From the human T2T-CHM13v2.0 reference genome, Homo sapiens: a DNA stretch of 64,000 bases. The notes under the pieces are model-generated. The model worked only from the letters and a program-made list of their open reading frames with translations. It had not been told where the DNA came from and did no database searches. Position 1 is the first letter of the stretch. The number at the start of each line of letters is the position of its first letter. The DNA is taken from assembly GCF_009914755.1 (NCBI RefSeq), contig NC_060928.1; one strand, given 5' to 3'. Of the stretch, positions 54,900-64,000 are shown piece after piece. Made by a program: the position numbers and the translations under genes.

Positions 54900-55800
54900 A
54901 AGAAATTGCTAAATTAAACAACAGGGACGACACAGGTACAAGTTGACCAGCTATGCGTAAAGCCTGGATTAAGTAGGTGACTCAGTGGAAATTTTCTCCT
55001 TTCATTTGTTCCCTCTTATCAGTCAGCAGTTAAAAAATAAAAATAAAAAATAAAAACATTAATTTGGAGGTAAAAGTCACAATGAATGTGGAGATAACAG
55101 AAGTACTTTCAGTCTGAACTTGAATTATTCTGAAGAAATGACTACTCTTTTTGACTGGAAAGGGGAAATTGCCCGTGGATTGCGGAGACTTTATATCTGG
55201 AAAGGTCTTCCAGTGCCTTCCTCAAAAATTTATTTTTCACTTATCGAAGGCCCAATCTTTCCTATAAATAAAAGGGAATGATTAAATTTGAATTGTATAG
55301 AATGCACTTCTATTTACTCATTGATAAATTAATTTATTAAATTGCTTCATATTTTCCTGCAGTTAATTTTTAAAACATTTTAAGTGTATTGTAGAATGTT
55401 TATTTTCATTTTCATGGTTTTAATAAGTGGTAAATAGACAGAAATGTTCCCCTTTCTCTGCTTATTTCTGGGCTGAGAGTAAAAGCAGGACAACTCTGAC
55501 CCGGTGCCCTATTAAATGAAAGCCATCTGACAGATGGCTCAAGTGCAGTAAGAGACAGGGTCCAGGTAGTTTGGCAATTCTAAAGTCTGGATGGAAGAAA
55601 AGCAGCATTAAAGAACAGTTGATCCTAAAACAGAGACTGATTGCTCTTTTCAATGCTTTATTCTTTTCGCAATGTCTGAAAACCTTGACTGACAAGAGAG
55701 GACTGTAGGCAGCATGAGGTCAAAGGTGTACATGAAAGTCTTGCCATTGATTGAGCAATGTTTTCAATTAGGATTGGCTTACACTACTGTCTAGTTGGTG
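54900..55800. promoter_or_regulatory. Candidate enhancer (motif cluster in non-repeat DNA)
   Basis: AGCCATCTG-A-CAGATGGCT double E-box palindrome (55521-55539), TGACTGACA (55686), AGGTCAAAGGTGT (55717), TGACTCA (54978), GGGGAAATTGCCC (55162). Motif evidence only. Confidence 0.3.
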
Positions 55801-56266
55801 TTATTATTGCAGTCTATTAATTCTGACTTGCCTTTCTAAATTTTCTTTATTCTCAATATGAGGAAAAATATGAAAAGAAATAAAAAAGAGAATAAAGTTA
55901 CGGAGACAGTGGAACTACTGGTGAAGGGCAATAAAGAGCAATTGAATGCAAAGTACAGTCCTTTGTTGTCTACTTGGAATGAAAGATTTTTCCTTTCAAA
56001 AGAATGAAGTGGTGAAAAGGAAACAGAATAAAATGACATAGATATTATTCTTCAAGTTATGGTGGCTCTTTGAAATTGTCATTTTATATTTCTTTTCATT
56101 CTAATTCTGAATTAACACACTAAAACCAGGAAGAATATCTTTGTTTCTAACTTTCTTTACTTTATATCCTATACATTGAAATAGCAGGTGAAGGGTTACA
56201 TGTAGATATATTTTTAATACAATGTTTCTTTTAATAAGGTTTATTAATTTTTTTATCCCATGGAAT

Positions 56267-56592
56267 AAGCAGTGGTCTGAATATTTATGTTTCCCCACAA
56301 TGCATATGTTGAAAGCTCGTCACCACTGTGATAATATTAAGAGTTGGGACCTCAGGAAGGTGATTAGTCTCCTTATAAAAAAGGTTCCAGAAAGCTGCTT
56401 TGCCCTTTCCAACATGTGAGGACCCAGCTAGAATATGCCATCTATGACAGAAATTGGGACTTCTCCAGACACTGAATTTGCTGGCATCTTATTTATGGAA
56501 TTCACAGCTTCCATAATTGTCAGAAATAAATTTATGTTTTTTATTAGAGACCCTGTGTATGGTATTTGTTACAGAATCCCAAACGACTGACA
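56267..56592 (+). mobile_element. MLT1A-type MaLR solo LTR
   Basis: TGGTCTGAATATTTATGTTTCCCC...AGAAATAAATTT...TATGGTATTTGTTACAG...GACTGACA. Confidence 0.82.
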
Positions 56593-56949
56593 GGGTGCCA
56601 TCCCATTTATTGAGAAAGTAGGATGCACTCAAGTAATTAAAAAAAATATGGAATCAGCATTTTAGTTTGATCAACCAATTCATTAGATACCTTGGACACA
56701 TTAATCAAATTAAAAGGTTTACTAAAGTTACCATATTTTTGTCTTTACAAATGGACAGATAATTATGATTATCAAAAAGAAATAAAAACAGTAACTCACA
56801 TTGTTTGCTTATTTCATTATTATTTATTTAATAAATGTGGACTATTGAGCAATATGTCCACTTTTATTTATAAATATTATTTACTTCCAATACTCCTACA
56901 AAACTATAAAGATAATACTAATGACTTTCTAAGTCAACTTTTCTAAAAA

Positions 56950-57115
56950 TAAAGTCCAAACTTCCGCAGGAGTACTTGGAGGACTTTTTACAAATTCAGA
57001 TTACTAGGCTAATTCCAGACATATTAAACCAGTATTTCTGAAGTAGAATTTGATAATCTGCATTTTGATGAAATTCTTAGGTAATTTTTATGTACAAAAA
57101 GATTGAGAACCATTA
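56950..57115. mobile_element. MER5-type hAT fragment
   Basis: AATCTGCATTTTGATGAAATTCTTAGGTAATT...TTGAGAACCA resembles the MER5 end. Confidence 0.6.
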
Positions 57116-58007
57116 TATTAGTTAATTAGTTAGTTACATATGTCTAATACCAGTATTGTATGCCTAATTTAAATTCAAAGGCATATTCCCTATAGATTTT
57201 TTGGTAATACAGTTAATTTAAGAAGAAAACTACAAGAGTATCGAATGTAAAGAGACTGAGGAATTCATGTGTATTTTTTGTAACCAAAATACTTTTTAAA
57301 GTACATTTAATTTGCATTCATAGAAAGAAGAAAATATATTCCCCAAATCTAATTTTGTCTCAACTGTTTTTCCCCAATGTTTGTCTCCCATTTTAAGAAC
57401 TACATTTAAAAGCAAAATAACCAAGTCTTATATTATTAAAATGGAGTCTGTATTGCTTAAAAAATTGCAAGTAAATGAAAATTCCATTGGAAAAGAACAA
57501 TTTCACAGGAATAAAATGTAAGGAAGCATAATAGATACATTGAAACAGAGTTTAATGATCTAAAATTGACAGTGAAGTTGATACAGGCAATTCCATGTAT
57601 GCCAGTGTTGAGCTGTAAACTATTTTCTTTGTAAATAGTTCTACTCGAAGAATGCTTCAGTTCCCAAATTTCTCTAAAAGCAGAAAAAGGTAACACTTGT
57701 CAGAGTCTATAAGGAGGGTTGTATTTTTAGTGTTCTCATATTTTTAGCATTCAATATTAATGTTTATCAAACTAATTTTCAAATATGAAAGGAAACGCTT
57801 AAGAGTTTACAAGTGTATTTTGTTCTTGTTGCTCTTGTTTGAGATATATTCATTGCTAGTTTAAAATCTATATTAGAAAGTTTTTTTATTAATAACTTTC
57901 TGAATATTTTGACAATATAAAATGCATAAAAATGCTTAACATGCAGTAATAATTGTGCTTAATATTTTGAGATATGTTCTAGTCTTCTATAAAAGCATAT
58001 GTATATG

Positions 58008-58080
58008 TGTATTAGTGAGGGTTCTCTAGAGGGACAGAACTAATATTGTATATATATATATATATATATATATCTTATAA

Positions 58081-58117
<37 letters not shown>

Positions 58118-58498
58118 AAGGGGAGTTTATTAAGTATTAACTTACAGGATCATCACAAGGTCCCACAATAGTGTCTGCAAGCTGAGGAGAGAGAGAGCCA
58201 GTCTGAGTTCCAAACTGAAGAACTTGGAGTCCAAGGTTCAAGGGCAGGAAGCATCCAGCACAGGAGAAAGATGTAGGCTGGGAGGCTAGACCCATCTTGC
58301 CTTTTTACGTTTTTCTGCCTGCTTTATATTTGCTGGAAGCTGATTAGATGACGCCCACCAAATTAAGGGTGAGTCTGCTTTCTCCAGTCCACTGATGGAA
58401 ATGTTAACCTCCTTTGGCAACACCGTCACAGACACACCCAGGATTAATACTTTGAATCCTTCAATCCAATCAAGTTGAACTCAGTATTAACCATCACA
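58008..58498 (-). mobile_element. MLT2A solo LTR with an internal (TA)n(CA)n microsatellite
   Basis: TGTATTAG...TATTAACCATCACA, reverse-complementary to 3275-3713; 5-bp TSD ATATG/ATATA. Confidence 0.93.
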
Positions 58499-58532
58499 AT
58501 ATACCTAAATGTTTTTTCGAATGAATAATACA

Positions 58533-61264
58533 TTTTCTTTTTTAAACTATTATTTTAAGTTCAAGTTTCCATGTGCAGTTTTGTTATATAGGTAAACTCA
58601 TGTCGTGGGGTTTGGTGTACAGATTATGTCATCACTTTGGTACTAAGCTTAGTATCCAATAGTTCCTTTTTTTTTTTTTTTGCTCCTCTCCCTCCTCCCA
58701 CTCTCCAACCTCAAGTAGGTCCCAGTGTCTGCTGCTCCTCTTTGTGTCAATGTGTTTTCATCCTTTAGTTCCAACTTATAAGTGAGAACATGCAGTATTT
58801 GGTTTTCTGTTCCTGCTAAGGATAATGGCCGCCTGATACATCCACATTGCTGCAAATGACGTGCTCTCATTATTTTTTATGGCGGCACGGTGTTCCATGT
58901 TATATATGTAACACATTTTGTTTATCCACTTTACCATTGATGGGCATTTAAGTTGATTTCATGTCTTTGCTATTCTGAATAATGCTACAGTGAACATATA
59001 CATGGATGTGTCTTTATGACAGAATGATTTATATTCCTTTGGGTATATATCCAATAATGGGATTGCTGAATAGAATGTCATTTCTGTTTTTAGCTCTTTG
59101 AGGAATCCTCACACTGCTTTTTACAATGGCTTAACTAATTTACACTCCTATCAACAGTGTATAAGTGTTCCCTTTTCTCCACAATCTTACCAGCATCTGT
59201 TGTTTTTTGAGTTTTTAAATAAGTGCCATTCTATTTGGTGTGGGATGGTTTCTCATTGTGGTTTCGATTTGCATTTCTCTAAAGATTAGTGATGTTGAGC
59301 TTTTTTATATATGCTTGTTGGCTGTATGTATGTCTTCTTTTCAAATTGTCTGTTCATGTCCTTTGCCTAATTTCAATGGGGTTATTTGTTTTCTTTTCCT
59401 GTAAATTTAAGTTCCTTATACGTGCTGGATATTAGACCTTTGTCAATGCATAGTTTGCAAAAAAATTTCTCTAATTTTGAAGATTGTCTTCTTATTCTGT
59501 TGATAGTTTCTTTTACTCTGCAGAAGCTGTTTATGATAATTAGATCCCATTTGTCAATTTTTGCTTTTGTTGCAATTGCTTTTGGCATCTTTGTCACGAG
59601 ATCCTTGTCTGTTCCTGTGTCCCAAAATGGTATTGCCTGAGTTATCTTCCAAAGTTTTTACACTTTTGGGTTTTAGATTTAAGTCTTTAATCCATCTTGA
59701 GTTGATTTTTGTATATGGTATAAGGAAGGGGCCTAGTTTCAATCTTTGCATGTGGCTAGCCAGTTATCCCAGCACCATTTATTGAATAGGGTGCCCTTTT
59801 CCCATCCACTTGTTTTTGTCAGATTTGTCAAATATCAGATGGTCATAGGTGTGTGGCCTTATGTCTGGGCTCTCTGTTATGTTCCATTGGTCTATATGTC
59901 TTTGTACCAATATCATATTGTACATATTTGGTTACTCTATCCCTGTAGTTTAGTTTGAAGTCAGGTAATGTGATGCTTCCTGCTTTTTTAGTTTTACTTG
60001 GGATTGCCTTAGCTATTCAGCTCCTTTTCTGGTCCATATGCATTTTAAAATAGGATTTTTTGTCTGTTTTTGTTTGTCTGTTTTTTAGTTCTGTGAAGAA
60101 TGTTATTGCTAGTTTAATAGGAATAGCATTGAATCTGTAAATTGCCTTGGGCAGTAAGGCCATTTTAATGATATTGATTCTTCCTATCCATGAGCATGGA
60201 ATGTTTTTCCATTTGTTTGTATCATCTTGGATTTCTTCGAGTAGTGTTTTATAATCCTTATTGTAGAGATCTATCCCCTTTCTGGCTAGCTGTATTCCTT
60301 AGTATTTTATTCTTTTTGTGATCATTGTGAAGGTGATTGAATTCTTGATTTGGCTCTCTGCTTTGATTGTTGGTGTATAGGAATGCTACTAATTTTTGTA
60401 TGTTGATTTTGTAACCTGAAGCTTTGCTGAAGTTATCAACTCAAGGAGCTTTTGGGTTGAGACTATGAAGTGTTCTAGGTATAGAAATAATTATGTTGTC
60501 TGCATACAGGGATACTTTGACTTCCTCCCTTCTTTGGATACCCTTTACTTCTTTCTGTCTCCTGGTTGCTCTGACGGGGACTTCTAATATTACATTTAAA
60601 AGGAATAGTGAGAGAGGGCATCTTTGTCCTGTGCCAGTTTTCAAGGGGACTGCTTTCAGCTTTTGCCAATTCAGTATGATGTTGCCTATGGCTTTGCCAT
60701 AGGTATGTTTCTTCAATTTCTAGTTTATTGAGAGTTTTTAACATGAAGGGGTGTTGAATTTTAACTAAAGCTTTTTTTCTGCATCTATTGAGATAATCAT
60801 GTGGTTTTTCTCCTTAGTCATGTTTATGTGATGAACATGAACACATTTATTGGTTTGTATATGTTGAGTCAACCTTCTATCCCAAGGATAAAGCCTATTT
60901 GATTGTACTGAATTAGCTTTTTGACATGCTGCTGGATCTGGTTTACCAGTATTTTGCTGAGGATTTTTGCATTGATGTTCATCAGGGATGTTGGCCTGAA
61001 CTTTTCCTTTTTTTGTTGTGTCTCTTCTGGGTTTTGGCATAAGAAAGATGCTGGTCTCAGAATGAGTTAGGGTGGAGTCCTCCTCCTCAATTTTTTCGAA
61101 TAGTTTCAGTAGGAATAATACTATATTTTCTTTGTACATCTGGTGGAATTTGGCCATGAATCTGTCTGGTCCTAGGCTTCTTTTCTTTTCTTTTTTGTTA
61201 ATAGGTTATTTATTACTGATTCAATTTCCAAGCTCATTATTGGTCTTTTCAGAGAATCCATTTC
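58533..61264 (-). mobile_element. 5'-truncated L1PA13-like element
   Basis: GGTAAACTCATGTCGTGGGGTTTGGTGTACAGATTA 3'UTR; frameshifted ORF2p peptides (59382..59597, 60441..60716, 60765..61157). Confidence 0.9.
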
Positions 61265-62889
61265 TATATTGTCCAATAAAGCCACCTATTCTTTTTACCT
61301 TTTTTACTTAGTACTTTAAAAGCCTTTCTCTACCTCCTCATGAGAGTCATTTTTGAGAAAATTATGTAGTGGCTGCAATAATAATAAGCTATAAGGACAT
61401 ATTCTGTTTTTACTTAAACATGTATTTCCATTACTACTACATATTATGTACTCTTGTTAGTATGTTCATATTGGGTATATTGGCCTTTGCTTATTTCATA
61501 CCTTAATGGGAAGTTTTCTGCATAGAGGTGCATAGAAATGAAGTTAGACGTGGAAGTAATATCCTGCTTTATTTACTCTACTTGATGTACATCAGTAATA
61601 CAATTTCAAAAGGTAAGAAAGAATATGTGACTTTGGATTGAAATCTATGACACCCATTTGTTTCGTGTCCAAAAAATATACATTTATTTACATAATTTTT
61701 TTTGTAAATTCTTGGAAGTGGACACATGTAAGACAGCTCTTAATCTCACAGATTTTTGAAAGTATGATAATATCCAGAGTTGGCACAAGTTTTGGGGAGA
61801 AGACTACGTATATATACTGCTGATAGGAATATACAATTTCAAAACTTCCTTAAAAGTAAGTTGGAAAATATTTTATAACCATTGCTAGAACACTATTATC
61901 ATAATATTTAAGCTAATGCAGAAAAGACAGAGGCTGGTATGACTTTATGACATTTTCATAAGAAATTAAAATATATTTTATAATGAAAGAATCAGAGGAA
62001 AACTACAGAAGTTTCCTATCGAGATGAAAATCCATTTTCAGATTACACTATCTCATCATCTTTGTATCCTTTCAACACTGTCCTTAGCCCAATATCAGAG
62101 ATGTTTGGTCCCAGAGATTTTATATTCTATAAATTTCCATTTTCACAGGCACTCTTCCATAAAACCTAAAAGTTTTCCATATGATTCTGGATTTTATTTA
62201 TAATTTGGCACCAAAGACATGACAAGAAGTACTAGATCTTCTTGCAGTAGCCCAGCCTAATAAAACACATTTAATACTACACATTACCTTAGGAAAATGT
62301 GAAAGTGAGCATTTCTAAGACAATTCTTAGGAGTAGAATTTTAAAGTATGATTTTTAAGAATATAAATAAAGAGTTTTTCATAATTCACAAATGTAATTT
62401 TATCATATTAGTGGAACTTAGTTAAATGTATCATAAAACCTGAGGAAATTTGTCTACTTTAATGATAGATAAGCTACTAGCAATAATAATATCTTTAAGA
62501 CTCTTTAAATGAAAACACTATTGCCTGTTTCTCAAAGAAATAGAGAATATGGTCGTTAACTCTGAAACTTAGAACAAAATTTCAAGATCATCTCATGAGT
62601 GTTTTATTAGCTAAATTAGCCATTAGAGATGTCTAAATGCTTTTTAAATATTTGAAGACTTCATAACTGACTGTTTTAATTTGATTTTAAAAGTTTTGTG
62701 AAGATGATAATAGTAATAGTGCTACTGCCTTAACATTGCACATATATTAAATACACTTTACCTTATGTGGACACTAAGTCATGTTATGGGTATCTATGAA
62801 TGTTTAAAATGGTTTAATTTTATTATTTAATTTATAGTGCATTAAAATCAGCTACATTCCTAATGTTAAAATTTATAACATTTTTGGAG

Positions 62890-63040
62890 CCCAAGCATAA
62901 TGCTAATGGCATTTCATTATTAATTCCATTAATCCACATCAAAAATCCTATGGAAGGCAAAATTATTTTTTGTTTTTGCCAATGAGAAACTTGAGGCAAA
63001 GAAAGCTTAAATAACTTGCTGAAAGTCAAACTTAGAGCTA
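62890..63040 (-). mobile_element. MIR fragment
   Basis: ATGAGAAACTTGAGGCAAAGAAAGCTTAAATAACTTGCTGAAAGTCA core. Confidence 0.7.
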
Positions 63041-63409
63041 AACAGCCGTGCTATAAATAATCTCAACTATATCAGAAAAATAAGTGTGTATGTGTGTGTG
63101 TGCACGTGTGTGTGCATGTAGACAAAGAGAAAGTGCACATACACAAATGATAAAGCAAATGGAATATTAGGAGGTTGAGCTGGGCAAAGAGTATATAAGT
63201 GTTCTTTGTATTATCACTATTTAATTTTTCCGTTTGAAATTATTTCTAAATAAAAATCTTTAAAAAACCTGACCAATTCTGAAATATCTATTTCTTTCCA
63301 TATACATATTTAGAAATGAAAGCTATATTGATACAAAGAAAATCTTATATTTAAAATTTTATGGAAAGAATAAATGCCATATTTTAGATATCATAAATAA
63401 TAATTTTAA

Positions 63410-64000
63410 GAAATGAAAGCTCCAGAGAATGAGAAGATAAAACACAGACTCGGAGAGAATATTTGCAAAAGACTTATGTAATAAGGGACTGTTATCCAAA
63501 ACATACAAATAACTCTTAAAGCTCATCAACAGACACAGACAACCCAATTTAAAAATTGGTGAAAGGTCTGAAAATACATATCACAAAAAAGATACACAGA
63601 TGGCAAATAAGCATATACAAAGATGCACAACATCATATGTCCTTAGGAAATTGTAAATAAAAAATGGGATACGACTACATACCTATTAGGATGGTCAAAA
63701 TCTGGAAAACACTGATGACGCTAAATCTTGTTGATGATGTGGAATGAAAGGAACCCTGATTTATGGCTGATGGAAATGTCAAATGGTATAGGCCACTTCA
63801 AAAGAGTTTGGCATTTTAGTTTCTCAATCATGCTCCTTGGCAAACCCTGCACACAGATATGTATAGTAGCATTGTTCATAATTGTCAAAACTTGGAAGCA
63901 GCCAAGATGTTTTTCAGTAGGTGAATATATAAACAAACTATGGTATATCCAGACAATGCAATATTATTTAGCACTGAAAAGGAATGAGCAATCAAGCCAT
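63410..64000 (+). mobile_element. L1MB/L1MC-type ORF2 C-terminal fragment running off the window
   Basis: GAGAATATTTGCAAAAGAC...GCATTGTTCATAATTGTCAAAACTTGGAAGCAGCCAAGATG. Confidence 0.8.

Noticed and set aside
58008-58498. Displaced 3' LTR of the HERV-L at 3275 (large inversion)
   Set aside because: It has its own TSD (ATATG/ATATA, not GGTAG), no adjoining internal sequence, and differs substantially from the 5' LTR.

Overview
AT-rich, gene-poor primate genomic DNA, very likely human (an AluYb8-diagnostic 7-bp duplication sits at 21876-21889). I recognise no host protein-coding gene, RNA gene or prokaryotic system. The ORFs with recognisable products are decayed LINE-1 or class III ERV (ERV-L) frames; the rest look like chance or antisense ORFs. 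More than half of the window is interspersed repeats. Subfamily names are from memory of consensus sequences and need RepeatMasker/Dfam confirmation. The most notable structures are: (1) a four-level nest at 3124-15950 (L1MA > HERV-L > L1PA8-like > L1PA4/5-like), bounded by one degenerate 14-bp TSD and cut by a single deletion that removed parts of three layers; (2) a chimeric Alu with an aged AluY 5' part and a pristine AluYb8 3' part; (3) a perfect 52-bp inverted duplication at a (TA)n tract; (4) an L1 whose poly(A) tail is replaced by (CA)15; (5) candidate small exons, one at a possible recursive splice site, and a motif-dense candidate enhancer in non-repeat DNA. I found no evidence of a new biological system. 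The findings concern genome dynamics, and the exon and enhancer calls are sequence-only hypotheses.
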